The notes under the pieces: generated by a model | Seen by the model: only the letters and a program-made list of their open reading frames with translations | Databases searched by the model: none | What the model was told of the DNA's origin: nothing | In this document: piece after piece, positions 35,953-44,965 of the stretch | How the letters are laid out: each line of letters begins with the position of its first letter | Position numbering within the stretch: position 1 is the first letter of the stretch | Position numbers and translations under genes: made by a program | From: a virus | Lineage: Duplodnaviria; Caudoviricetes | DNA length: 59,808 bases | Direction: 5' to 3' (one strand) | IMG/VR virus record: IMGVR_UViG_3300020045_013036 | Location: 1 to 59,808 of that record

Positions 35953-38345
35953 TGCCGCACGAAATGATTGAGACTGAAGACCTGAGCGCCCTTGACGATA
36001 TGGACGAGGATGAGTTGCAAGCCTTGGAGGATGCGGCCGGCGCCGTGAAGATGGCTGAAGCTGAGCGCCGCGAAGCGCTGGGTAAGATATTGGCCAAGCA
36101 CCGCGACGAGGCTGTTACCTATCGCCAGAACTCGGGTATCGAGCAGCAGTGGGCCGAGGACCAAGCCTATTACGAGGGTGAGGACGAGAGCGCCAAGACC
36201 CTTTACTACAAAGGTACGACGGCTGATTCACCGCTTATCGCCAAACCTAAAAGCAAGTTCCGTTCCAAGGTTTTCCTGAACATCACTCGCCCCTATGTCG
36301 AGACCGCCGCCTCCAAGGTGATCGACGTGCTGGCCCCAAGCGACGAGGCAATGTGGAGCCTGACGCCCACATCCATCCCGGAGATGCCCGAGAAGCCCAG
36401 CCCGCTGGTACAGGCCGCCCAACTCGCCCAGATGCAGGGTGGTATTGACCCAGCAACCGGCCAACCCAGCCAAGGGCCGGCGCCGGCCGTCGATCCGAAC
36501 GAAGAGATCATCAAGGCAGCCAAGCGCGCCGCCGCCGGGGCTACGGTGTGGATCAGCGACAAGCTGGAGCAATGCGACTTCGGCGGGGAACTCCGCATGG
36601 TTGTGGATGAATCCGCTCGACTCGGTACCGGGATCATGCGCGGCCCTGTGCCACAGGTTACCCGCTCCATGAAGAGCACCTTCGATGAGCGGGGTGAGAC
36701 CATGGAGATCATGGAAACCATCGACCCGGCATCCAAGAAGATCAGCGTTTGGGATGCCTTCCCTGACCCGGCTTGCGGCGACAATATTCACAATGGTCAG
36801 TTCTTTGTCGAGCACGACAACATGGTTGAGCGCCAAGTGCGTGACTTGGTTGGCCAACCCGGCTACATTGAAGAGGCCTTGATGCACGTGCTGGAAGAAG
36901 GCCCGCGCACCAGCATGATTTCAGCCATGGCGCAGGCGCCCCATGCCAACCAAGACAAGTCGGCGGCCCGATACCATGTCTGGTATTACTATGGCTTCCT
37001 GAAGCGCGAAGATGTGCTGGCCATGAGCTGTGGCTGCGAACCCGAGGATGAACTGAAGAACATCGGCGTGCCGGTCGTGGTTACCATGATCAACGATACC
37101 CCGGTCAAGACCCACCTGAACCTCTCATCCGACGGCCACTTCCCCTACGACTTCATGTGCTGGCAGAAGGTTGCCGGCTCACCGTTCGGTATCGGTATCG
37201 CCCGCCAGATTCGTAGCTGCCAAGCGATCCTGAATTCCCATGTTCGCGCCATGATGGAAAATGCTGGCCTATCAAGTGGCCCGCAGATCATCATTGCCCG
37301 GGGCGCTGTCGTTCCGGCTGACGGTAGTTGGGAGATCACCCCGCGCAAGGTCTGGTTGCTCAAGGCTGACGCCGATGTGCAGGATGTGTCGCAAGCGATG
37401 AACTCGGTGGTGATACCCAGCATTCAGGCTGAGCTTCTGTCGGCGATCGAGTTTGCCCTGAAGATGGCCGAGAACGTGACTGGCTTGCCGATCCTGCTGC
37501 AAGGACAGCAGGGGCCGAACGGCGTACCTGAGACTGTGGGTGGTATGCAGATTCTGGTGGCCAATGCTTCAGGGTTGCTGCGCCGCATGGCTCGCATCTT
37601 CGATGACTGCTTGATCAAACCCCACATCCGTGCCTATTACGCTTGGATGATGTGTTACGCCGAAGACTCCAGCATCAAGGGTGACTATCGCGTAGTGGCG
37701 CACGGCTCTAGTGCGCTGGTAACACGGGATCAGCGCAACACCTTCATCACCCAAGTGGCCCCCACCCTGATGAATAACCCAAGCTTCGGCATTGACCCCA
37801 CCAAGCTGTTCAAGGAGATCGCCAAGATCGCCGGTATCCATGATCCGGAGAGCCTGCAATTCACCCCGCAGGAAATGGCCGCGCTGCAACAGGCTCAAGC
37901 TCAGGCGCTGGCACAAGACCCGAAGATTCAGGTTGCCACCATGACCAACCAGACCCGCTTGCAGGTTGCCGAGATGCAGAACCAAACGAATCAGTTGCGT
38001 GTCCAGCGCGATACAGATCGCGATTCCATCTACGTCGGTATGGAAACTCAGCGCACGCAGGTGGCCAGCGCCACCAAGATGGCCGAGTTGGAGTTGCGCC
38101 GCGAACTGGCTTTGCTCGAATATGCCAACAACAACCAGATCAGCCTTGAAAAGCTGAAGGCCCAACTGGCTATCGAAGCTGGCCGTAACGATCTGCAACG
38201 CGAACTGGCCACCCTGCCAACCCCGGATGAAATCGCCTCTACGGTGCGCGGTGAGAACATCGAAAGCAACCCGATGGCTCAGGTGGCAACACCGGCGGTT
38301 GAGCCCCCGGGCCGCGCCCCCAACGGTCAGGCATTCACCCAATGA
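35952..38345 (+). CDS. Portal protein with long C-terminal helical barrel
   Basis: Size and position; LGTGIMRGP, WDAFPDP, PFGIG, ETVGGMQIL; Q-rich coiled coil. Confidence 0.82.
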   Translation: MPHEMIETEDLSALDDMDEDELQALEDAAGAVKMAEAERREALGKILAKHRDEAVTYRQNSGIEQQWAEDQAYYEGEDESAKTLYYKGTTADSPLIAKPKSKFRSKVFLNITRPYVETAASKVIDVLAPSDEAMWSLTPTSIPEMPEKPSPLVQAAQLAQMQGGIDPATGQPSQGPAPAVDPNEEIIKAAKRAAAGATVWISDKLEQCDFGGELRMVVDESARLGTGIMRGPVPQVTRSMKSTFDERGETMEIMETIDPASKKISVWDAFPDPACGDNIHNGQFFVEHDNMVERQVRDLVGQPGYIEEALMHVLEEGPRTSMISAMAQAPHANQDKSAARYHVWYYYGFLKREDVLAMSCGCEPEDELKNIGVPVVVTMINDTPVKTHLNLSSDGHFPYDFMCWQKVAGSPFGIGIARQIRSCQAILNSHVRAMMENAGLSSGPQIIIARGAVVPADGSWEITPRKVWLLKADADVQDVSQAMNSVVIPSIQAELLSAIEFALKMAENVTGLPILLQGQQGPNGVPETVGGMQILVANASGLLRRMARIFDDCLIKPHIRAYYAWMMCYAEDSSIKGDYRVVAHGSSALVTRDQRNTFITQVAPTLMNNPSFGIDPTKLFKEIAKIAGIHDPESLQFTPQEMAALQQAQAQALAQDPKIQVATMTNQTRLQVAEMQNQTNQLRVQRDTDRDSIYVGMETQRTQVASATKMAELELRRELALLEYANNNQISLEKLKAQLAIEAGRNDLQRELATLPTPDEIASTVRGENIESNPMAQVATPAVEPPGRAPNGQAFTQ

Positions 38346-38749
38346 TCCCGATCCCTGACGACTTCGAACTACAAGACCCGGCCACTATCCCCATCAAAAA
38401 GGAAGAGGCCCGGGAGCAGGCCCGGCTAGTCGGGGTCTTGCGCCGCAAGTGGGCAACCATAGCGGACTTGGCCCAGCGCCCGGTGGTCGCGCATATCCCC
38501 AACGGGGGTTCGCGCGACGCACGGGAGGCCGGCAACCTGAAGGTGCAAGGGGTTCTGGCCGGCGTACCTGACCTCTTCATTGTCATGCCGATGGGTGAGA
38601 TTATCTGGATCGAGATGAAGGCGAGTACGGGCCGCACCTCCAAGGCCCAAGATGAACTGCACCCACACTTTAATCAACTCGGTCACGAAGTAATCCTTGC
38701 CTTTAATGCTGAGGAAGCGCTCGCGGCCCTACGACGGAGAGTTCGCTAA
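38342..38749 (+). CDS. VRR-NUC domain nuclease
   Basis: HIPNGGSR, GVLAGVPDL, IEMK, Q. Confidence 0.88.
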   Translation: MIPIPDDFELQDPATIPIKKEEAREQARLVGVLRRKWATIADLAQRPVVAHIPNGGSRDAREAGNLKVQGVLAGVPDLFIVMPMGEIIWIEMKASTGRTSKAQDELHPHFNQLGHEVILAFNAEEALAALRRRVR

Positions 38750-39090
38750 TGGACGAAATTATTGATCTGGTTTTCGGTGATGCCACCGAGGCTCACCGTG
38801 AGCACCTACTCGCTGACAGCCTTAGCCAGCACGAAGCCTTGGGTGAGTTTTACGCCAACGCCCGGGTCGCCGTTGATGACTTCACCGAGGCGGCGATTGG
38901 CCTTGATCTCCCGCTGCCCGAAGACCGTGAGCCCGACATGCTGGCCCGCCTTGAAGCGAGCTATGTGCAGTTGGTGGATGGGCGGGATGCTGCGTGTCAG
39001 GGGAACCCCACGCTGGAGAACCTGCATGACGGGATCACCCACGCCTATGCCAAGGTGATCTACAAGCTCAAGCGCTTCACCAAGCCGTGA
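38749..39090 (+). CDS. Ferritin/Dps-like four-helix protein (DUF5856-like)
   Basis: HREHL..S..QHEALGEFY...D.FTEA..G; YKLKRF C-terminus. Confidence 0.6.
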   Translation: MDEIIDLVFGDATEAHREHLLADSLSQHEALGEFYANARVAVDDFTEAAIGLDLPLPEDREPDMLARLEASYVQLVDGRDAACQGNPTLENLHDGITHAYAKVIYKLKRFTKP

Positions 39091-39296
39091 GGATCGACCC
39101 TTACAGCCCAACGTGGCGAGCGGTTGAAGCACACCTCGCCACCCGTATGCGTGACTTGCGCACCCGCTTGGAGGGTGATCTCCCCCAAGAGGAAACCACG
39201 AAGGTGCGCGCCTCCTTGCGTGAGTGCAAACTTCTGCTAGAATTGGCGGGTGACAAAACACCGCTCGTTGAATCCGACATTGAGATTCCGGGCTGA
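39087..39296 (+). CDS. Small head-module hypothetical protein
   Basis: SPTWRAVEAHL...TKVRA; GTGA overlap. Confidence 0.6.
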   Translation: MRIDPYSPTWRAVEAHLATRMRDLRTRLEGDLPQEETTKVRASLRECKLLLELAGDKTPLVESDIEIPG

Positions 39297-39310
39297 ACAG
39301 GAGAAAGAGA

Positions 39311-39538
39311 ATGGACAATCAACATCGCAAGATCAAGGGCTATCGCGAACTGACGGCTGAAGAGATCGCCCTCATGAACGAGATCAAGACCAAGGGTGCC
39401 GAACTCGGCGAACTGGTTGAGAAGCTGCGCGCTGAGACCGATCACATCGACCAGCGCTGGGTATCCATCGGTGCAACCGACTTGCAGACAGGGCTCATGG
39501 CACTGACTCGCAGCGTTGCACAGCCAACCTTTTTCTAA
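39311..39538 (+). CDS. acb2: Anti-CBASS cyclic-nucleotide sponge Acb2 homolog
   Basis: MDNQHRKIKGYREL..EEI.LMN.IK...RW.SIG.TDLQTG.MA..R.VAQP..F closely follows the Acb2 sequence as recalled. Confidence 0.88.
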   Translation: MDNQHRKIKGYRELTAEEIALMNEIKTKGAELGELVEKLRAETDHIDQRWVSIGATDLQTGLMALTRSVAQPTFF

Positions 39539-39547
39539 GGGGGCACC

Positions 39548-40474
39548 ATGGATGACGACCTTATCAGCGTCGCAGAAAGCCCCGAGGCCAATGCGGCAGA
39601 GGACGCAGCGTTCGCGGCTTCATTTAGCGAGACACGCGGCGAAGAGCCGACAAAGACAAATGCGGAACCCGCCCCAGCGGAAGAGCCTGTTGTTGAGGGC
39701 GTGGGTGGGGTTGAGGCTCCAGCTACTCCAGAAACGCCGGCTGATCTGCCACTCGAAGCGCCGAAGCTGTTTGCCGGGCTGACTGAAGAGCAACTCCAAG
39801 CGGCACTGGCTCGCAGCGGTTCCCTCCAAGGTACCGTGGATAAAATGGCTGGCCGTATCGGGCAGCTCATGCAGCAGATCGACTCTCTACGCACCAACCC
39901 GCCGACAACCCAGCAAGCCCAAAAGGCGCTTGACCTGAAGCTGGAGAAGTTGAGCGGCGCCTTCCCTGAACTGGCCAACCTTCTTCGCGAAGACCTCGCC
40001 GGCTTGCAGGGTGGGGGCGGTGAGTTGCCAGCCACGGCGCCGGCCGGTATCACTCAGGAACAGTTTGACACCGCACTGGCCACCCGCCTGCAAGCGACTC
40101 AAGCCACCCTGACTGAACAGATGGAAGTCAAGGTGCTGACGATCGTGCATCCAGACTGGAACAAAGTGATCCGGACAAACGAGTTTGCGCTATGGCGTGA
40201 CAACGTGCTTGGCCCTGAAGAGGGTAACAAGCTGATGTTCTCCGAAGACTCCAGCTTCATCAGCCAACGTCTGACCGAGTTCAAGAAGTGGCGGGAGGCC
40301 GCGGTCGCCGCAGCCAACCCAACCCCAGCCCCGGTTGTCCCGATCACGTCAGCCCGCACCACACGCTTGACCAATGCGGTACTACCGGTCACCGGCGCCA
40401 AACCTGTTCAAGCACCTGTAACAGAAGATGACGCCTTCGCCGCGGCATTCAACCGCGAACGGGGTCGAGGTTAA
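39548..40474 (+). CDS. Putative scaffolding/head assembly protein
   Basis: Acidic N-terminus, coiled coil, HPDW motif, EDDAFAAAF C-terminus echoing the N-terminus. Confidence 0.6.
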   Translation: MDDDLISVAESPEANAAEDAAFAASFSETRGEEPTKTNAEPAPAEEPVVEGVGGVEAPATPETPADLPLEAPKLFAGLTEEQLQAALARSGSLQGTVDKMAGRIGQLMQQIDSLRTNPPTTQQAQKALDLKLEKLSGAFPELANLLREDLAGLQGGGGELPATAPAGITQEQFDTALATRLQATQATLTEQMEVKVLTIVHPDWNKVIRTNEFALWRDNVLGPEEGNKLMFSEDSSFISQRLTEFKKWREAAVAAANPTPAPVVPITSARTTRLTNAVLPVTGAKPVQAPVTEDDAFAAAFNRERGRG

Positions 40475-40480
40475 ATCGTG

Positions 40481-40506
40481 ACGGGGCCTTCGGGCTCCGT
40501 TATTTC
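40481..40506 (+). terminator. Rho-independent terminator
   Basis: ACGGGGCC-TTCG-GGCTCCGT-TATTT. Confidence 0.65.
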
Positions 40507-40531
40507 ATCACCCTATCAAGGGGGTAACGTA

Positions 40532-40954
40532 ATGTCACTTGGAACTGTAATGTTTGAACACTTATTTGAGGCTGGTGTAATTGGTATCTTCGTCGTGCTC
40601 TGGTGGTTACTGAGGAATAAGGATGACAAGCAGCAACGTGAGTTGCAAGAGTTCATCCACACAACCGATACTTACAGGGAGATTCGTAAGTTGGAGGTTG
40701 AAAAGCGGTTTGATCAACTTTGGACCAAACAGCGCGATGATTACGCTCAACTGCTAAGTAAGCATGAGGTCGACGCCCGGGAGTTGGCTGAACTCAGGGA
40801 GCGAATAGCCCGGGAACACTACGTCAAGCAGGAAATGGACAACAAGTTCGACAAACTTGAGAGAGCCTTCACGGATGGTCTCAAGGATTTGGGGTTAAAG
40901 TTTGACCGCTTGGGTGAGATCATCGCCCGTCACCAGTCGGAGGAAAGACCATGA
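40532..40954 (+). CDS. Membrane-anchored coiled-coil lysis-module protein (holin/antiholin-like)
   Basis: One N-terminal TM segment; ATGA overlap with the endolysin. Confidence 0.55.
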   Translation: MSLGTVMFEHLFEAGVIGIFVVLWWLLRNKDDKQQRELQEFIHTTDTYREIRKLEVEKRFDQLWTKQRDDYAQLLSKHEVDARELAELRERIAREHYVKQEMDNKFDKLERAFTDGLKDLGLKFDRLGEIIARHQSEERP

Positions 40955-41292
40955 CACTACGCCAATTACAATCTGAATTTGCCGCACTCATCCCGCGCCT
41001 GATCGACAAGGCGATCGCCCTTGGGAACGAGGTAACCCTTGGGGATGCGTATCGTGACCCCCGCGCGTTCGGCGCCGTGGGTGTTCTGGCTGGGTATGGC
41101 CATCGCAGCAGCGCCCATAAACAACGATTGGCCATTGACCTGAACCTATTCAAAGGTGGTCGGTTCTTGGCCGACACCGAGGCGCACCGTGAGTTGGGTG
41201 AGTGGTGGGAGAAGCAGCACCCGCAAGCACGCTGGGGTGGCCGCTTCAAAGACGGGAATCATTATTCTATGGAATGGAATGGAGTCAAATGA
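40951..41292 (+). CDS. Endolysin, M15 family peptidase
   Basis: AYR, SAHKQRLAIDL, WGGRF.DGNHYS. Confidence 0.88.
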   Translation: MTLRQLQSEFAALIPRLIDKAIALGNEVTLGDAYRDPRAFGAVGVLAGYGHRSSAHKQRLAIDLNLFKGGRFLADTEAHRELGEWWEKQHPQARWGGRFKDGNHYSMEWNGVK

Positions 41293-41708
41293 TGGACCCA
41301 ATTACAATCTCGGCCATATTCGGCATTGGTGGTAAGATCATCGACAAGCTGTTCCCTGATCCGGAACAACGTGCCAAGGCTCAGCTTGAACTGCTGAAAT
41401 TGGAGCGTGATGGTGATCTCGAAAGTGTCAAGGTTCAGTTGTCGGCTATCATGGCCGAGGCGCAAAGCGCTGACCCTTGGACTAGCCGAGCCCGCCCATC
41501 CTTCCTCTACGTGGTGTATGTGCTGATCCTCTGGTCCGTCCCGATGGGTATTCTTTTTGTCTTCAACCCAGAAGCCGCAGCCCGCTTTACCGAGGGGTTC
41601 AAGGTATGGTTGGGCGCCATCCCTGAACCAATCCTTACCCTGTTCGGCACCGTCATGCTGGGGTATGTGGTTGGTCGATCGTGGGAAAAGACCAAAGGGA
41701 TCAAATAG
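41289..41708 (+). CDS. Holin (3TM GTA-holin family)
   Basis: IIDKLFPDP, AEAQS.DPWTSRARP, GYVVGRSWEK. Confidence 0.8.
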   Translation: MMDPITISAIFGIGGKIIDKLFPDPEQRAKAQLELLKLERDGDLESVKVQLSAIMAEAQSADPWTSRARPSFLYVVYVLILWSVPMGILFVFNPEAAARFTEGFKVWLGAIPEPILTLFGTVMLGYVVGRSWEKTKGIK

Positions 41709-41710
41709 AA

Positions 41711-41755
41711 TTCGCCGATAGGCAGCCCCGGTCAAAAGCCGGGGTATTTTTTTTT
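41711..41755 (+). terminator. Terminator; copy 1 of a 35-bp direct repeat
   Basis: CCCCGG-TCAAAAG-CCGGGG followed by a T-tract. Confidence 0.8.
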
Positions 41756-41809
41756 CAAGTAGTGGTATCATCCGGGATATTCTAAAACACTAACGACGAG
41801 GTTTCACTA

Positions 41810-42334
41810 ATGGACACAGGTGCTCTTTATGCCGCGCTGAATGCGCTTGACATGGTGCAGGTGAAACGCACACCGAATGGCACCTTTGACGGGCTTCGTG
41901 AGGGGTCTGAAACATTGCCGGTTGTCACAGCAACAACCAATCCCCTCACCGAGGTGATTGAATTATGGGTGGCTGGTGAACAGGTAACGGCTGGCGGAGG
42001 TGGGATTAGCCCTGACGCTACAGGCACACTGGCCGGACGATCCGCTCACAACGCTGAGGCGGTTGGATTTGTGTATCTGGCTACTGACCAAGTTCCCGCT
42101 AAATACTATTTCCGCGAGGGCGCTGCTGGTAACTGGTCTGCTGCGGTTGAGGTTCAGGGGCCGACAGGAGCAACTGGCGCAACCGGGCCGGCTGGCGCTA
42201 CTGGCCCTACCGGAGCGGCGGGAACCAACGGGACGAATGGTGTTGATGGGGTTACGTTCGTGTCTGGAACCTCTGCACCTGACAATGGTGATGGCCGACC
42301 AAATGGCACTGTCTATGTGCGATACACGGCGTAA
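41810..42334 (+). CDS. Collagen-repeat fibre/adaptor protein
   Basis: GPTGATGATGPAGATGPTGAAGTNG; SGTSAP...G.VY C-terminus. Confidence 0.7.
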   Translation: MDTGALYAALNALDMVQVKRTPNGTFDGLREGSETLPVVTATTNPLTEVIELWVAGEQVTAGGGGISPDATGTLAGRSAHNAEAVGFVYLATDQVPAKYYFREGAAGNWSAAVEVQGPTGATGATGPAGATGPTGAAGTNGTNGVDGVTFVSGTSAPDNGDGRPNGTVYVRYTA

Positions 42335-42343
42335 AGGTTAGCC

Positions 42344-44410
42344 ATGACCACGATCTTACAAGCTGACTTTGTTGCTGCCGCAGGGACGGTTGTCACGTCC
42401 TTAACCCCGGCTGTTGGTGGCCCGTGGACTGGGTTTTCAGGTTTCGCAAATAGCCCCGTTGTGTCGGACGCAAACCGGCTGCGCACAAACGCAAACGACT
42501 CAAATTACTATGTAGGCGCGAATGAAGGTGATACGGCATCGGTCACATTTCACCAATTAACTACCACAGTTTGCGCGGTTGGGGCGTTGGTACGAGCTGA
42601 CCCATCCACTCTTAATTGCTACTTGGCGTGGTACAACACGGGAGGCACAGGCAACGTCACGCTAATGCGTTTCGATGGTGTCGCTCCGACTGTAGTAACG
42701 CTGGCCGATGTGTCTGGTCAAAACGCAGGTATTGCCACAGGTTCCGACCACACAATAAAACTTGTAGCATCAGGCACTGGTGCGACCGTCAATCTAGAGG
42801 TATTTGTCAATGGTGTTAGTAAGCTAACCTACGCTGATAATCACGCAAATCGTCGCTTGACTGGTAGAACTGGGTTCCACATTTCCGGGACTATGACAAA
42901 CACCTCCGGATCACACCTTATCGGGGTGCTCGGTGAGGTTGCGTCTACCTCTGGAGCCATTGATATTTCAACCCCATCTGCTGGAAAGATTCACCAGCGC
43001 AGCGGAACGACTGGAACGATCAGCGTTTCAGGTGCCTGCACTGGCACGCCAACGGCCATTGAAGCTCGACTGGTGCTTGATGGGACTAATACGCCGGTCA
43101 GTGGTTTCGATTGGTCGGTAAAAGATGCGACACCATCCGGTGGTGCGTACTCATTCAGTTTTTCCAGCGTTCCACAAGGTGGATGGTACAACGTCCAAGT
43201 CAGGCATTCAAACGACACCGCTATCAATTCAACCTCTGGCAAAGTCGGGGTGGGTGCGCTATTCGTGGTGGATGGGCAAAGTAATGCTTATTTGTGGTTT
43301 TCGACAACATCTTGGGCTGGCGACTCATCGCTGACGCCAGACGCAAAACTTCGCATCGCTGGCAAACAGCCCGCGTCTTGGGACGTTCCGGCAACTGCCA
43401 CCATGAATGCGTCGATTGCCTGCGGCAATGCACTAGTCGCAGCCCTGGGTGTACCTGTCGGATTGATTGATGGTGCTTGGGATGGCTCCGGTCTAACCAT
43501 TTCAGCAAACGGGGGGCAGTGGATTAGCGGCGGGGCAGCAGGTAATGCTTACACGGCATCTGCTGCTGCCATCGCTGCCGAAACATCAAGTGTCGAGGGC
43601 AGCGTCTGGATACAAGGCGAGACCGATGCAGGATCATCGGTCACTCAATCCGCTTATTACGCTGCTCTCGGGCAAATGATTGCGCTGCGCCGTACCACTG
43701 TTAGTAACGCCAGCTTGCCTTATGTTGTGGCGACGCTTGCACGGGATACTTCAGGAACATCTACAGATACCAAGCGCCAAAACATCAATTTGGCGCTGGC
43801 TCAAAAGTGCGGCGATGCGAATATTTACCGCGTTGACCGTTACGATTTGCCACTGCATACCGATGGTATCCATCACACCGCCGCAGGATTTATCGCACTC
43901 GGGCAGCGGGTAGCTCGGGCGCTGCTTACAGCAATTGGTAATGTCTCGACCTACCGAGGCCCGCGCATTGCCTCGGTTTCAAAGGTCAATTCAACGACTT
44001 TCGATGTCAATCTCACGCACGATTACGGCACAGACTTTACGCCGGCTAGCGCAATTACCGGCTGGCGTGTGACGGATGGCGGGACGCCGGTAACGGTATC
44101 CACGGCAGTTCGCCAGTCGGCTAGCAAGGTGCGACTGGTGCTAGCTTCTGCACCCACAGCATTGCCGGTTGTGCAGGTTGCCTATGGCATGGCGTCAAAC
44201 ATAACTGGTGTCTTAAAGGACAACTCGGCGCTAACGCTACCACTTGAATTCAATGGTGGCGTTACTGCTGTAGCGACTGACGGCGCTGTTTTCGTCAAGG
44301 TCGGCGGCGTCTATGTTCAAGCTGATTCGGTGCATGTAAAAGTCAGTGGCGCCTATAAACAGGCCGACGAGACTCACATGAAGCAGGCAGGTACTTACGC
44401 TCCGCTCTGA
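42344..44410 (+). CDS. SGNH/SASA (sialate O-acetylesterase-type) domain virion protein with lectin-like N-terminus
   Basis: DGQSNA, WIQGETDA, DGIHH catalytic motifs. Confidence 0.82.
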   Translation: MTTILQADFVAAAGTVVTSLTPAVGGPWTGFSGFANSPVVSDANRLRTNANDSNYYVGANEGDTASVTFHQLTTTVCAVGALVRADPSTLNCYLAWYNTGGTGNVTLMRFDGVAPTVVTLADVSGQNAGIATGSDHTIKLVASGTGATVNLEVFVNGVSKLTYADNHANRRLTGRTGFHISGTMTNTSGSHLIGVLGEVASTSGAIDISTPSAGKIHQRSGTTGTISVSGACTGTPTAIEARLVLDGTNTPVSGFDWSVKDATPSGGAYSFSFSSVPQGGWYNVQVRHSNDTAINSTSGKVGVGALFVVDGQSNAYLWFSTTSWAGDSSLTPDAKLRIAGKQPASWDVPATATMNASIACGNALVAALGVPVGLIDGAWDGSGLTISANGGQWISGGAAGNAYTASAAAIAAETSSVEGSVWIQGETDAGSSVTQSAYYAALGQMIALRRTTVSNASLPYVVATLARDTSGTSTDTKRQNINLALAQKCGDANIYRVDRYDLPLHTDGIHHTAAGFIALGQRVARALLTAIGNVSTYRGPRIASVSKVNSTTFDVNLTHDYGTDFTPASAITGWRVTDGGTPVTVSTAVRQSASKVRLVLASAPTALPVVQVAYGMASNITGVLKDNSALTLPLEFNGGVTAVATDGAVFVKVGGVYVQADSVHVKVSGAYKQADETHMKQAGTYAPL

Positions 44411-44443
44411 TTTTCTAATCCCCTCTGCACAATGATTCACTTT

Positions 44444-44482
44444 TTCGCCGATAGGCAGCCCCGGTCAAAAGCCGGGGTTTTT
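44444..44482 (+). terminator. Terminator; copy 2 of the 35-bp direct repeat
   Basis: 44444-44478 is identical to 41711-41745. Confidence 0.8.
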
Positions 44483-44493
44483 ATACTGATACC

Positions 44494-44838
44494 ATGATAC
44501 GAGCACTAGGGTTAATCGCATTGCTTCTTGCCTTCATCTTCTGGATGGTTGAGAAGCGGGTTCGTAGATTGTTCGGATTGAACACCCGGGATAATTGCGC
44601 AACATGGGCGGCTGCAAACTTCGACTATGCGGGCGGTGACGGTTTGCTATTTCACATGACGGTTTCAGAAAGTAGGCTAAGGTTCCCGCATGTCGTCATT
44701 GTCAAAGGGGCTAGAGCCCATCCCCGAGGTGGGGTTGAGTTCATTGAGTATGTTCCGAAAGTCAGACTCTCGTCCATTGGCTGGCCACCCAGTAAGTTTG
44801 ACGGCGTGGTTGAGCGAACCAAACTGAATGTTAAATAA
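44494..44838 (+). CDS. Membrane-anchored hypothetical protein
   Basis: N-terminal TM segment; DNCATWA...FPHV pattern. Confidence 0.55.
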   Translation: MIRALGLIALLLAFIFWMVEKRVRRLFGLNTRDNCATWAAANFDYAGGDGLLFHMTVSESRLRFPHVVIVKGARAHPRGGVEFIEYVPKVRLSSIGWPPSKFDGVVERTKLNVK

Positions 44839-44842
44839 ACAC

Positions 44843-44871
44843 TTGACAAGTGTTTATTGTTGATATAGATT
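44843..44871 (+). promoter_or_regulatory. sigma70-like promoter of the major capsid gene; -35 centred in a palindrome
   Basis: TTGACA-17-TAGATT; ATAAACACTTG-A-CAAGTGTTTAT. Confidence 0.7.
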
Positions 44872-44965
44872 GCAACCGTGCGCCCATAGCGACGCAACCA
44901 AACATCCGACCTTGATGGCCGAATGACAAACCAAACCCTTATTTAAAAACCATCAAGGAAGAAAC

